Positions 49,686 through 60,171 of a stretch of DNA of 64,000 bases are shown here, in pieces (positions within the stretch are counted from its first letter, which is position 1; the number at the start of each line of letters is the position of its first letter). Source of the stretch: an uncultured Bacilli bacterium. GTDB taxonomy: Bacteria > Bacillota_I > Bacilli_A > RF39 > UBA660. The position numbers were made by a program, and so were the translations under genes. The stretch lies in contig CAKOLN010000007.1 in NCBI GenBank assembly GCA_934096075.1, positions 4,326 to 68,325 on the forward strand, read 5' to 3'. The notes below the pieces were generated by a model. The model was not told where the DNA came from. It ran no database searches and saw only the letters and a program-made list of their open reading frames with translations.

Positions 49686-50394
49686 GTTCCATCAACTCTT
49701 TCCTTCGTAATCTAGAAAGCATATATACTTCTTCTCCACTATCTAAAACAAACTTGCTATTCTTCCAATCAAACAATTTAACTCTGGCCATATTAACAAT
49801 ACAAGATTTATGAGTATAAACATAATTATTTGTTAAATGCTTATAAAATTTTTTAAGTGTTGTTGTAAGTGGATAACTTCCATTGTCAGTAACAACCATA
49901 ATTCTTCTTTCATTATTTAGTTTGTAAATATATTGAATTTTATCATAATCAAAATTATAACTCATAAAACTATTTTTATAACTAAACTTCTCAGAATAAT
50001 TCAATTGTGCTAAACATAAATCAAACAATTCTAATAAATTTGACTGATAATCTTCATCCTTAACAATAAAATCTAATATTTGTAACCTTTCTTTATATGC
50101 TTTAAGAATTACATTATCATCACCCTCAGCCGTAAAAATAACAATAGGACTATCCCAATCATCTTCTCTTATCTTTCTTGCAATATCAACAGCTGTACCA
50201 TTTGGAAGATAATAATCTAATAAGAAAACATGTTTTTCATAACAATTTTCACACTTTTCAAATATACCATCACAAATTTTATCATATTTAACTATATCAA
50301 ACTTGTAATTGGTAGTTAACATATAATTCATTATTAATCTTTCAACATCATCTCTATTGAATTTATTATCCTCTACAATTATAAACTTTATCAT
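49672..50394 (-). CDS. agrA: LytTR-family response regulator (AgrA-like)
   Basis: Receiver domain MIKFIIVEDNK...FLLDYYLP. The C-terminal LytTR pattern is ...YIYKLNNERRIMVVTDNGSYPLTTTLKKF...THKSCIVNM. ATG 50394 follows RBS AGAGGG. The gene overlaps the agrC start by 14 nt. Confidence 0.85.
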   Translation of the reverse strand: MIKFIIVEDNKFNRDDVERLIMNYMLTTNYKFDIVKYDKICDGIFEKCENCYEKHVFLLDYYLPNGTAVDIARKIREDDWDSPIVIFTAEGDDNVILKAYKERLQILDFIVKDEDYQSNLLELFDLCLAQLNYSEKFSYKNSFMSYNFDYDKIQYIYKLNNERRIMVVTDNGSYPLTTTLKKFYKHLTNNYVYTHKSCIVNMARVKLFDWKNSKFVLDSGEEVYMLSRLRRKELMERENR

Positions 50395-50490
50395 AGAAAC
50401 CCTCTTTCTCGTATTGCCAAAGCAATAATATAATAACACCTTTTTAACAAAAATAACAGGCCCTACTAGGTCATTTTTTTATTTTTTTCT

Positions 50491-50518
50491 AAAAAAAAAT
50501 AACTTTTTCAAGTTATTT
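50491..50518 (-). terminator. rho-independent terminator after the M23 peptidase gene
   Basis: Minus strand: ATAACTT-gaaa-AAGTTAT followed by TTTTTTTT. Confidence 0.65.
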
Positions 50519-50534
50519 AAGTAAATATATTTAA

Positions 50535-51182
50535 TTACAATTCATTTAATTTTAAAGTATAAAAGTTTTCAGGATCAATCAATTCACCTTTATAGTATAC
50601 TTCAAAATGTAAAGATGTTTTAAAATTGGAATTAATTTGTGATGTTCCGCTATAAGCTATTACTTGACCTTGTGTAACATTATCACCTTGTTTAACATTT
50701 ACTTTATCTACACCCTGATAAATAGTATATATTTCTTTATCATGTTCTATTTTAACTATATTTCCTAATAATTCATCTTTTTCAACACTTTTAACAGTAC
50801 CACTCAAAACACTTAATACTTCAAATTCACTATCACTTATATAATCAACACCAGAATTTTGCATATATGTGTTTTCATAAAATATAATAGAATTTACTTG
50901 ATTTTTTTCTTCACCCTCAAAGTCATAAAAGTACCTTCCAACACTTACAGTTTCTGATTTATATGGTCTAATTATTGTGGTTGATTCTTCTACATTTTCT
51001 TCTCCCTGAACTTGTTGTATAGTTTTATTAATTATTCCATTAACAGAATATTTAAAATCCTTTTTTTCATCTAAATATTTATTAATTCCACTTATCGTTA
51101 AAGTAATACATCCTATTACAGCCAATACTGATACAAAATATATACCAGGTATAATTAATTTCTTTATTTTATTCTTTTTCAT
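50535..51182 (-). CDS. membrane-anchored M23/LytM peptidase, SpoIIQ-like by position
   Basis: N-terminal TM and C-terminal LytM domain (NIVKIEHDKEIYTIYQGV...GQVIAYSG...LHFEVYYKGELIDP). It lies directly downstream of spoIID, as does spoIIQ in clostridial-type genomes. Confidence 0.65.
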   Translation of the reverse strand: MKKNKIKKLIIPGIYFVSVLAVIGCITLTISGINKYLDEKKDFKYSVNGIINKTIQQVQGEENVEESTTIIRPYKSETVSVGRYFYDFEGEEKNQVNSIIFYENTYMQNSGVDYISDSEFEVLSVLSGTVKSVEKDELLGNIVKIEHDKEIYTIYQGVDKVNVKQGDNVTQGQVIAYSGTSQINSNFKTSLHFEVYYKGELIDPENFYTLKLNEL

Positions 51183-51223
51183 TATTCACTCTCCTACTAA
51201 TAATGTGAACAATGTTTTTTATT

Positions 51224-52147
51224 TTATACATTAAATTTCTTTATTTCTACACCCGTATAATAATGCTTTAAAATTTCTTCATAACTATAACCTAATTTTG
51301 CCATTTCATTAGCACCATATTGACTCATACCTACACCATGTCCATATCCTTTTGTAGTTATAAAAATTGTATCATCAGTCATAAAAAATGTAAAATCAGT
51401 ACTACGAAGTCCTAAAAGTTTTCTAAATTCAACACCAGTAAAAATATTGTTATTAACTTTTAATTTATCCACTCTTCCACTTATTGTTTTGGATAAAATT
51501 TCTATGCATAAATTTTCATTGTTATTAAGTCCTAACTTATTAACAAATTCAGATATTGAATAACTATTTGTAACCTCATACTTATTAACGGTTTTATCCC
51601 ATGAAGAATCTACTGAAACCAAATAAGGAACTGATTGTCCAAAAACATAACTAACATCCTCAGTCATACCATTACTAGTACTAAAATAATAAGCATTAAT
51701 TAAATTGTTATCAAAATAAATAACTTTACCATTTGTACTATCCACTATTTTACTTAAAATAATATAATATTTTTCAAAGTTATCTAACCATTTTATTTTC
51801 ATATCTTCAATTGAAAAATAACATTGATCATTATTTGTAGCTATATAACTATGATTGGTATTAATTTTATTATAATAAAAAGTCCTAGCAGTGACAGAAC
51901 CAGCCTTTAATGCTTCTTCTTCAAAAAGAACAGGCATCTCACAAGCCAAAACACCTATTAAATAATCTCTTAAACTCATTTCATTTTCAATAGAATTATA
52001 AAATACCATAGTATCTTTATCATCTACGTATTTGTACAAAGACTCAGTATTACTATTTTCAAGTACTTTTTTATCCTCTTTTTTTAGAAAAAAAATAATT
52101 ATAATTAAAACTAAAATACATATTACATATTTAAAATATTTTTTCAT
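51224..52147 (-). CDS. spoIID: stage II sporulation protein D (lytic transglycosylase)
   Basis: SpoIID domain motifs ...EALKAGSVTARTF..., YFSTSNGMTE and GYGHGVGMSQYGANEMA. Confidence 0.9.
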   Translation of the reverse strand: MKKYFKYVICILVLIIIIFFLKKEDKKVLENSNTESLYKYVDDKDTMVFYNSIENEMSLRDYLIGVLACEMPVLFEEEALKAGSVTARTFYYNKINTNHSYIATNNDQCYFSIEDMKIKWLDNFEKYYIILSKIVDSTNGKVIYFDNNLINAYYFSTSNGMTEDVSYVFGQSVPYLVSVDSSWDKTVNKYEVTNSYSISEFVNKLGLNNNENLCIEILSKTISGRVDKLKVNNNIFTGVEFRKLLGLRSTDFTFFMTDDTIFITTKGYGHGVGMSQYGANEMAKLGYSYEEILKHYYTGVEIKKFNV

Positions 52148-52181
52148 ATAAATATATATTCTAGTTAAACTAAAATTATTC

Positions 52182-52640
52182 CTAATTTTTATTGTTTTGT
52201 TCTTCTTTTTTTATTTTTCTTATCCTTCTATTATACTTTTCCTCATTAATAAAAGTTGAATTCAAATAAGAATCTAAGATATTTTTAATTTCCAAATAAG
52301 ACAAATCTTCACTCATACTAATACAGTTTGCATTATTATGTTCTTTAGCCAATCTTGCTTCTTTTGCACTATCAACCTTTGCACACATTATACCATTAAC
52401 TTTATTTGCCATAATAGACATTCCAATTCCCGTTCCACAAATTAAAACTCCACATGTTACATCACCATTATTAATGGCGTAACAAACTTTTAAAGCATAA
52501 TCATTATAATCAACACTTTCATTACTATCAGTTCCATAATCTACATAGTCAATATTTTTCTTTTTTAAATATTTAATAACCTTTGTTTTATTTTTATAAC
52601 CTCTATGGTCCGAAGCTATTCCAATTATCATTCTCATCAC
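52182..52640 (-). CDS. rpiB: ribose-5-phosphate isomerase B
   Basis: IGIASDHRGY, GVLICGTGIGMSIMANK, AKEHNNAN. The exact start (GTG/ATG cluster 52631..52640) is uncertain. Confidence 0.9.
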   Translation of the reverse strand: MMRMIIGIASDHRGYKNKTKVIKYLKKKNIDYVDYGTDSNESVDYNDYALKVCYAINNGDVTCGVLICGTGIGMSIMANKVNGIMCAKVDSAKEARLAKEHNNANCISMSEDLSYLEIKNILDSYLNSTFINEEKYNRRIRKIKKEEQNNKN

Positions 52641-52707
52641 CTATCTATATTATAGATATTTTTTTTTAAAAATAAAAGTAAAAAATAAAAAATAGTCATA
52701 AGTAAGA

Positions 52708-52905
52708 CTATTTAATACCATATTTTTCTTTGAATTTTTGAACATTACCTGTTCTTGCTGCAACTCTTTTACCAGTATAAAATGAGTGACATTTGTTACA
52801 AGTTTCAAGTTGTATTTCACTTTTAGTACTTTTAGTAATAAATTCATTACCACAAGCACACTTAACTTTACATTCTTTTAGTTCTGGATGAATTCCTTTT
52901 TTCAT
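52708..52905 (-). CDS. rpmE: 50S ribosomal protein L31 (Zn-binding type A)
   Basis: MKKGIHPE...CACGNEF...CNKCHSFYTGK. Confidence 0.95.
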   Translation of the reverse strand: MKKGIHPELKECKVKCACGNEFITKSTKSEIQLETCNKCHSFYTGKRVAARTGNVQKFKEKYGIK

Positions 52906-53025
52906 ATCTATTCTCCTTTCGCCATAGCTTTATAGCTATAGAAACTCCTCGGAAGATAATATATCATTTTTTTTTTAATAATTCAACCCTTTTTTGATAT
53001 TTTATATGCAAAACTATATAAAATA

Positions 53026-53532
53026 TCAGTAAACATTAAGTATTATTAAATTTCTCAATATACTAATCAATAATATGTCTTTTTCTGATATTTTTACATT
53101 ATTAACAACAATGACGCTGCCAACAGCATCAGCATCAATAATTATAGGCAAACCATAATAATAAACATATTCATTGTTTTCATTATTAAAAATATTACCA
53201 TAATCAGTAAATTCCCTTCTCTCACTAATAAAAGAAATAATGTTATTATTTAATTGATTGTTAACACATAAATTATTACTACTTACTATAATATTATTTT
53301 TGTCACTTATGTAAATTAAAGAGTTTGTAAATTTTGAAATTTCGTTAATTAACTGATAGGATTTTTCCTTTAAAGATAACATTTTAATATATTTTTTTAA
53401 AACAATACTATCATTTTCCACATATATTTGTAAATCATCTCCTGTACCAATATTTAGTGTTTTTCTAATTTCCTTTGGTATGACTATTCTACCTAATTCA
53501 TCAATTTTTCTTATCACTCCTGTATTTTTCAT
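53026..53532 (-). CDS. spoVT: stage V sporulation protein T (AbrB-family regulator with C-terminal GAF-like domain)
   Basis: MKNTGVIRKIDELGRIVIPKEIRKTLNIGTGDDLQIY is the SpoVT-AbrB swapped-hairpin domain. ATG 53532 follows a strong RBS (AGAGGTGAA). The gene sits next to mfd, as in Bacillus. Confidence 0.85.
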   Translation of the reverse strand: MKNTGVIRKIDELGRIVIPKEIRKTLNIGTGDDLQIYVENDSIVLKKYIKMLSLKEKSYQLINEISKFTNSLIYISDKNNIIVSSNNLCVNNQLNNNIISFISERREFTDYGNIFNNENNEYVYYYGLPIIIDADAVGSVIVVNNVKISEKDILLISILRNLIILNVY

Positions 53533-53624
53533 ATTCACCTCTAAATTTATTTTTACACACAATTTAATAAATATACTATTTGACAATCATTAATTATTAA
53601 ATTATACTTATCTTAGGTGATATA

Positions 53625-54113
53625 ATGAACAATATAGTAGAATCAATAATAGAAATACCAATGGGTACAAAAAATAAATTTGAAATAAAAAAAGAAACTG
53701 GAAGAATTAAATTAGACAGAGTTTTATATAGTGCACTAACATATCCAGGTGAATATGGATTTATAGAAAACACAATTGCACCTGATGGAGATCCTCTAGA
53801 CATATTAGTTATAAGTACTTATCCAACATTTCCCGGATGTGTTGTCGATGCAAGAGTAATCGGATACCTTACAGTAATAGATAATGGCGCACACGATGAA
53901 AAAATTATAGCAGTAGTAGATAAAGATCCAAGATTTGAAACCATTAACAAATTAGATGACTTAACTGAACATCAAAAATCTGAAATTAAAGACTTTTTTC
54001 AAAACTATAAAACACTGCAAAATATTAAAGTTACTGTAAAAGATTTTCACAACAAAAAGGAAGCTCTTGATTTAATAGAGAAATGTAAAAAAGCATATGA
54101 AAATAGAAAGTAA
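53625..54113 (+). CDS. ppa: inorganic pyrophosphatase (family I)
   Basis: IEIPMGTKNKFE...YPGEYGFIENTIAPDGDPLDILV...DEKIIAV. Confidence 0.95.
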   Translation: MNNIVESIIEIPMGTKNKFEIKKETGRIKLDRVLYSALTYPGEYGFIENTIAPDGDPLDILVISTYPTFPGCVVDARVIGYLTVIDNGAHDEKIIAVVDKDPRFETINKLDDLTEHQKSEIKDFFQNYKTLQNIKVTVKDFHNKKEALDLIEKCKKAYENRK

Positions 54114-54120
54114 AATTTAA

Positions 54121-57100
54121 TTACTTTCTATTTTTTTCAATATAATTAAGTAAATCATAAACATAATATAAATAATGTTTTTCTAAATTATGTTTTGGTA
54201 TTGATATAAAAATGATATTTCCTCTATAAACAAAATTAAATCTTGTACAAATCTTTGTTGCTTCTATAAATAATTTCTCAATATTTAACATTTTATATAC
54301 GTCAGAAGATAATTTTAAAGTAAATTTACCATTATCATTAACAATAGCATTAATCTTTAATTTATTTATTAAACTTTGTACTAATATTTCATACATATAT
54401 AAATTTAAATTTCCATCTACTAATCCAAATCTATCCTCAATTTCATTATACAATGTTTTATAATCTTCAAAATTAGTAATTGAAGATATTTTTTTATGTA
54501 ATTCTATTATTATATTATCTTCATTTGTGTAAGTATTACCAATATGATTTTGAACATCATCAATTTTAACATCATTGTTATTTTCCTCATCAAATTCTGG
54601 CTTACCACTTAATTCTTCATTAATAAGTTCTATATATAAATCTACTCCAACACTATCAATAAATCCAGCTTGTTCGCTACCTAATAAGTCACCAGCACCT
54701 CTTATGCTTAAATCTCTCATAGCAATTTTGTAACCACTACCTAATTCAGTAAATTCTTTTATCGCATCAAGACGCTTTATAGCAGTTTCTGTTAAAACTC
54801 TTTGTTTATTATACATTAAATAAGCATATGCTTGTTTATCACTTCTTCCAACTCTACCTCTTATTTGATACAATTGACTCAATCCAAAATAATCAGCATC
54901 TATTACAATAATCGTATTAGCATTAGGAACATCTATACCATTTTCTATAATAGTTGTGCTAACTAAAACATCAAAATTACCCTGATTAAAATCATAAATT
55001 ACATCCTGCATATCATCTTTTTTCATTTTACCATGTGCATAACAAATAGTAACCTCTGGTATTAATTTTCTCAAACTAGATACAACATTTTCCATATTTT
55101 CAACCTTATTATATAAAATAAAGGATTGTCCATACCTAGCTTTCTCTTTTAAAATAACTTCTCTTATAATATAAGGATCATATCCTATCACATAAGTTTG
55201 AACGGGCAATTTACTAGATGGAGGTGTTTCAATTAATGATAAATCTCTAATTCCAATTAAACTCATTTGTAAACTTCTAGGAATAGGAGTAGCCGATACA
55301 CTTAAAACATGAACATTTGACTTAATTTCTTTTATTTTTTCTTTATGCATTACACCAAATCTCTGCTCTTCATCAATAACCAATAATCCTAAATCTTTAT
55401 ATTTAATATCAGAATTTAATAATTTATGAGTTCCAAATATAACATCAATTTTGCCATTGCTTAAATCTTCTAAAATAGTATTTTCCTCTTTTTTAGAAGT
55501 ATATCTATTTAATAATTGAATATTAACTGCAAAATTTTTAAATCTGCTTAAAGCAGAAGTATATTGCTGATAACTCAATAAAGTTGTTGGACACAAATAC
55601 ATAACCTGTTTTCCATTCATAACTGCTTTAAAAATAGCTCTAAAAATAACTTCTGTTTTTCCGTATCCTACATCTCCACATAACAATCTATCCATAGGTT
55701 TAGAACTTTCTAAATCTTTTTTTATTTCAGCTGTACATTTAAGTTGATCAGGTGTTTCATCAAAAATAAATTCATTTTCAAAGATTTCTTGCTCAGGAGT
55801 GTCCTTATCAAAAGGCTCAACCTTAGAAATATTCCTTTTTTTATAAATCTGAATTAATTCATTACTTATATCTTTTATTTTATTTTTAATTTTTAATTTT
55901 GTTTTTTGCCATTCAATACTATTTAATTTATGAATAACGGGCTTCGCACCATCTTTAGAAGAATATTTGTACAATTTATTTAAATCATCAACAGGTAAAT
56001 ATAATTTATCATCACCCTTATATTTTATAAGAATATAATCTTTTGATTGACCATTTTTTGTAATTGTAGAAATTCCCATATATACACCGATACCATTGCT
56101 TTTATGAACAACATAATCTCCAACTTCTAATTTATCAAGAGATTCAATTTTTTTACCTAACTTATAACCTGTATCATATTTAATTCTACTATTTATAAAG
56201 CTCAAATCATTTTTTGAAAAATAATATTGTTCATTATAAACAAAACCACTATTAATATCAATATTTAGTACTTTATTATTTATTTTTAAAGATTTAATAA
56301 AATTTTTATCAGTTGTACATAAAATGCCTTTTGTAATGTTTAAATCATCAATATATTTTTTTATATCATTATTATAATTTACTATTTCTTTAGCTGATAT
56401 AATTAAATCATGATCATCATTATTGTCCAAAGTATCTATATTTAAAATAAAATCATTACTTATATCTTCAAGTTTAAGTATAGAACTTAAATCATTATAA
56501 TATTTCATCTGAGTATTTATATTTGTTTCAACATTTTTTATCTGTTCGTAATCTTGATAAATTAATATACTATTTTCTGCATAATCCAGAATTGAATAAT
56601 TAGAATTATCATACTCATCAACTAAAGGCTTAACAATATAAGATTTAATTTTTTCATTACTTAATTGTGTGTTTTCATCAAAAAACTTTATATTCTCAAT
56701 AATATTATCAAAAAACTCAATTCTTATAGGATGATTTTCAAATATAGGAAAAATGTCAATTACAAATCCCCTTACACTATATTCACCTGTATTAGTAACA
56801 AGACTCTCTCTTTTATATCCTATACTATCCAATTTTTCAATTAACTTATTTCTATCTACTTCATCTTCTTCAGTTAACACAATATTCTTACTATTTAATT
56901 CCTCTTTACTAGGCAATTTTTTTAAAATACTATTTGTGTGACAAATTAAAATAAAACTATCTTTTTTATTGATATTATTCAAAAATTTCATTCGCATAAA
57001 TGTTAATTCAGGAGATGTAGCAATTGCCTTTTTAGTTAAATAATCATCATCAGGAAATATATACACATTTTTGTAATTTTTTGTTAAATTAGAATATAAT

Positions 57101-57252
57101 TTATTTGCTTCTGTTAAATTAGGAGTTACAATAATTAAGTTTTTTTTGCAATGAAAAAAGATATACAATAATAATTGATTGTATATTTCATTGGGACTAA
57201 CAGAAATCTTCATTTTATTATATATATCAAAATCAAATAAATTATCAATCAT
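54121..57252 (-). CDS. mfd: transcription-repair coupling factor
   Basis: CarD-like GDYVVHKSNGIGVY, helicase Walker A GDVGYGKTE, VIDEEQRFG, and GRVGRSDKQAYAY. At 1043 aa it is short. Confidence 0.95.
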   Translation of the reverse strand: MIDNLFDFDIYNKMKISVSPNEIYNQLLLYIFFHCKKNLIIVTPNLTEANKLYSNLTKNYKNVYIFPDDDYLTKKAIATSPELTFMRMKFLNNINKKDSFILICHTNSILKKLPSKEELNSKNIVLTEEDEVDRNKLIEKLDSIGYKRESLVTNTGEYSVRGFVIDIFPIFENHPIRIEFFDNIIENIKFFDENTQLSNEKIKSYIVKPLVDEYDNSNYSILDYAENSILIYQDYEQIKNVETNINTQMKYYNDLSSILKLEDISNDFILNIDTLDNNDDHDLIISAKEIVNYNNDIKKYIDDLNITKGILCTTDKNFIKSLKINNKVLNIDINSGFVYNEQYYFSKNDLSFINSRIKYDTGYKLGKKIESLDKLEVGDYVVHKSNGIGVYMGISTITKNGQSKDYILIKYKGDDKLYLPVDDLNKLYKYSSKDGAKPVIHKLNSIEWQKTKLKIKNKIKDISNELIQIYKKRNISKVEPFDKDTPEQEIFENEFIFDETPDQLKCTAEIKKDLESSKPMDRLLCGDVGYGKTEVIFRAIFKAVMNGKQVMYLCPTTLLSYQQYTSALSRFKNFAVNIQLLNRYTSKKEENTILEDLSNGKIDVIFGTHKLLNSDIKYKDLGLLVIDEEQRFGVMHKEKIKEIKSNVHVLSVSATPIPRSLQMSLIGIRDLSLIETPPSSKLPVQTYVIGYDPYIIREVILKEKARYGQSFILYNKVENMENVVSSLRKLIPEVTICYAHGKMKKDDMQDVIYDFNQGNFDVLVSTTIIENGIDVPNANTIIVIDADYFGLSQLYQIRGRVGRSDKQAYAYLMYNKQRVLTETAIKRLDAIKEFTELGSGYKIAMRDLSIRGAGDLLGSEQAGFIDSVGVDLYIELINEELSGKPEFDEENNNDVKIDDVQNHIGNTYTNEDNIIIELHKKISSITNFEDYKTLYNEIEDRFGLVDGNLNLYMYEILVQSLINKLKINAIVNDNGKFTLKLSSDVYKMLNIEKLFIEATKICTRFNFVYRGNIIFISIPKHNLEKHYLYYVYDLLNYIEKNRK

Positions 57253-57263
57253 AAGTAATACTC

Positions 57264-57806
57264 CTAGTTATATTTATTCATTAATTTATCAAAATCATAA
57301 ATATTAAAATCTTCAATTATATTATCTACAATATTAAAAACGTTATTCAAAGTAAATAAATCGTCTTTACTAAATCTTCCCAAGACATAATCAATAGTAT
57401 TAACGTTATTTTTAGAAATACCTATCCTAATACGTTTAAAATTTTCTGTACCCAAATGTTTTATAATACTTTTAATACCATTATGCCCTGCACTTGAACC
57501 AGAAGACTTTATTTTGTATTTTCCAACATCAAAATCCATATCGTCATAAATAATTAAAATATCATTAATATCAATATTAAAATAGTCAGAAAAATATCTA
57601 ACAGCTAATCCACTATCATTCATATAAGTCAAAGGTTTAAGAAATATTATTTTTTCATTATTAATTATTTTTTCACAATACATTCCATTATTCTTAGATT
57701 TAAACAATTCATTTCCCAAATAATGATCAATTGCCATAAACCCTACATTGTGTCTAGTTTTTTCATACTCTTTTCCAGGATTTCCCAAACCAACAATTAA
57801 CTTCAT
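57264..57806 (-). CDS. pth: peptidyl-tRNA hydrolase
   Basis: MKLIVGLGNPGKEYEKTRHNVGF and GHNGIKSI. Confidence 0.95.
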   Translation of the reverse strand: MKLIVGLGNPGKEYEKTRHNVGFMAIDHYLGNELFKSKNNGMYCEKIINNEKIIFLKPLTYMNDSGLAVRYFSDYFNIDINDILIIYDDMDFDVGKYKIKSSGSSAGHNGIKSIIKHLGTENFKRIRIGISKNNVNTIDYVLGRFSKDDLFTLNNVFNIVDNIIEDFNIYDFDKLMNKYN

Positions 57807-58648
57807 TTTTTCCTCCCTTGATATAAATTATATAATTCATTTCTACTGAAATTAAACTTATTCGCAACTTCTTTTATTGCATCATTAGATTTTAAGCCTA
57901 ATTTTACATATCTATCTACTTCACTTAGTAAACATTCATAATTTATATTATACTCATTTTCTTCGTTATCAATAACTATAACAAATTCTCCTTTAGGTTC
58001 TTTATATATTTCAATCGCCTCTGAAACAGTTCCTCGAAATACTTCTTCATGCAACTTAGTTATTTCCCGGGAAATACTTATATTTTTATTTCCAAAGATT
58101 TTTAATATATTTTGTAAAGTTTTATAAACTCTATGAGGTGCTTCGTATAAAACAATAGTAAAGTTTATACTTTTTAACATTTCTAATTCTTTTAAAGCTT
58201 GGCTATCCTTTGCATTTAAAAATCCATAAAATAAAAATTTATCTGCAGAAATATTTGACATATTTAAAGCAGGTATAAAAGCACAAGCACCAGGTAAAGC
58301 AACAACCGTAAAATTATGATTTATAATTTCTTTCACGACAACACTGCCTGGATCACTTATCAAAGGAGTACCACGATCAGTAACCATTGCAATGTTTTTA
58401 TCATCTTCTAAATACTTTAATGCTACTGGTACCATTTGTTTTTCATTAAATTTATGACATGCAATTACCTTGTTATTTATATTTAATAATTTTAATAACT
58501 GTAAGGTAACGCGAGTATCCTCTGCAAAAATAACATCTACATTCTGCAAAATTTCAACTGCTCTATATGTTATATCTTTTAAGTTTCCAATAGGTGTAGG
58601 CACTATATAAAAAATTGATTTTTCTTTTTCGTAACTTTTTTGAAGCAT
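57803..58648 (-). CDS. rsmI: 16S rRNA (cytidine1402-2'-O)-methyltransferase
   Basis: YIVPTPIGNLKDITYRAVEILQNVDVIFAEDTR is the tetrapyrrole-methylase-like fold signature. There is an ATGA overlap with pth. Confidence 0.92.
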   Translation of the reverse strand: MLQKSYEKEKSIFYIVPTPIGNLKDITYRAVEILQNVDVIFAEDTRVTLQLLKLLNINNKVIACHKFNEKQMVPVALKYLEDDKNIAMVTDRGTPLISDPGSVVVKEIINHNFTVVALPGACAFIPALNMSNISADKFLFYGFLNAKDSQALKELEMLKSINFTIVLYEAPHRVYKTLQNILKIFGNKNISISREITKLHEEVFRGTVSEAIEIYKEPKGEFVIVIDNEENEYNINYECLLSEVDRYVKLGLKSNDAIKEVANKFNFSRNELYNLYQGRKK

Positions 58649-58652
58649 ATTA

Positions 58653-59387
58653 TCACCTCTTAAACATTTCTAATATTTCACTAGTATATGTTCCATCAGA
58701 ATTATGACATATTAAAGGTGGTAAAACATTTAAACCAACCTTACCATTTTTTTTGGCATCAACTAAAAATAAATTTGATTTTTCACCATACTTTGGATAA
58801 ATAAATCTTAATCTTTTTGGTTCTAAATTATTATTTTTTAACGCCAAAATAACATCTGTTAATCTATCAGTTCTGTGTACCATTACTAAACTTGAATTAT
58901 TTTTTAATAATTTTTTTGCAACAATGCAAATGTCATTAATATTAATACACAATTCATGTCTAGCAATAGATTTTATCATATTTTCATTTATTTTTCCATC
59001 TTTTTCAATTTTAAAATATGGCGGATTACAAGTTATTAAATCAAAAGAATCCGTTAAATAATATTTTGTTAATTCTTTTACATCTAAATTTAAGATTTTT
59101 ATCCTATCTTTAAGATTGTTTATTTTAATACTCTCAGTAGCTAATTCATAAATTTCTTTTTGCAATTCAACACCAATAATATTTGAATTAGTTAAAGTTG
59201 ATAAAATTAAAGGTATAGGTGCATTCCCAGTACAAAAATCTATTATTTTCATATTATCAGAATTTATTTTGCAAAAATGAGGTAAAATTACGGATTCTAA
59301 ACTAAAATTAAAATACTTATTGTTTTGTACTATTTTTAAATTTTCATAACCAACCAAATCATTAACTATATATCTCATTACAATCAT
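58653..59387 (-). CDS. SAM-dependent methyltransferase, tRNA1(Val) m6A37 (YabB/TrmN6-like)
   Basis: SAM motif IIDFCTGNAPIPL and catalytic CNPPYF. It sits between yaaT and rsmI, as does B. subtilis yabB. Confidence 0.8.
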   Translation of the reverse strand: MIVMRYIVNDLVGYENLKIVQNNKYFNFSLESVILPHFCKINSDNMKIIDFCTGNAPIPLILSTLTNSNIIGVELQKEIYELATESIKINNLKDRIKILNLDVKELTKYYLTDSFDLITCNPPYFKIEKDGKINENMIKSIARHELCININDICIVAKKLLKNNSSLVMVHRTDRLTDVILALKNNNLEPKRLRFIYPKYGEKSNLFLVDAKKNGKVGLNVLPPLICHNSDGTYTSEILEMFKR

Positions 59388-60171
59388 CCTTTAAAGTAAG
59401 CTCTATTTTACCATGTTCAGGAACATTTGCCACATAACTTCTTTTAAGAACATCAACAGATATAACTTTACCAATACCAAATTCCGTTTCAACTTCATCA
59501 CCTATATTAGGCATTCCTTTTTTACAACATTTATAAACACTATCCTCATAATTAAGACAACATAATAGCCTACCACACTGTCCATTTATTTTACTAGGAT
59601 TTAAAGCAATATTCTGATTTTTTGCCATACTAATTGATACGGAATCTAAATCTCTTAAAAAACTACTACAACATAATTCCCTTCCACAAACACCTACACC
59701 TGATATTTCCTTAGCTTTATCTCTTGCTCCAATTTGTCTTAATTCTATTCTCGTTTTAAACAAGGAAGCTAATTCTTTAGCCATATCTCTAAAATCAACT
59801 CTGTTATCAGCTAAAAAATTAAATAGTAATTGGCTTTTATCTAAATTATAATTTGCATCCAAAATTTTCATGTTTAAATTATATTTATTAGCTATCTCTT
59901 TTGCCTTTTTTAATGCATAAAGTGAATCATTTTTATTATTATTAAAACATACAATATCATTTTTAGAAGCTTTTCTAATAATTTTAGGCATATCATCCGT
60001 TAACCTTTTATTCATAATATTTTGCATTATTAGCTTTCCAACTTCTAAACCACGATCAGTTTCAACAACAACAAAATCAGTTTCATTTAAATCCAATGAA
60101 TTACTATTACAAAACAAAATTTTATGCTTTTCATTTAACAAAACTCCTGCTACATTAGTCATTTTTATCAC
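59362..60171 (-). CDS. yaaT: PSP1-domain protein YaaT/RicT (stage 0 sporulation)
   Basis: PSP1 C-terminal Cys cluster GVCGRELCCSSFL...GQCGRLLCCLNYE. Confidence 0.9.
   Translation of the reverse strand: MIKMTNVAGVLLNEKHKILFCNSNSLDLNETDFVVVETDRGLEVGKLIMQNIMNKRLTDDMPKIIRKASKNDIVCFNNNKNDSLYALKKAKEIANKYNLNMKILDANYNLDKSQLLFNFLADNRVDFRDMAKELASLFKTRIELRQIGARDKAKEISGVGVCGRELCCSSFLRDLDSVSISMAKNQNIALNPSKINGQCGRLLCCLNYEDSVYKCCKKGMPNIGDEVETEFGIGKVISVDVLKRSYVANVPEHGKIELTLKDDCNEIYS

Noticed and set aside
50430-50460. GTTATT-N14-GTTATT (minus strand) as a LytTR box upstream of the agrA-like gene
   Set aside because: The 6-mers are AT-rich with 20-bp spacing and carry too little information to distinguish from background.
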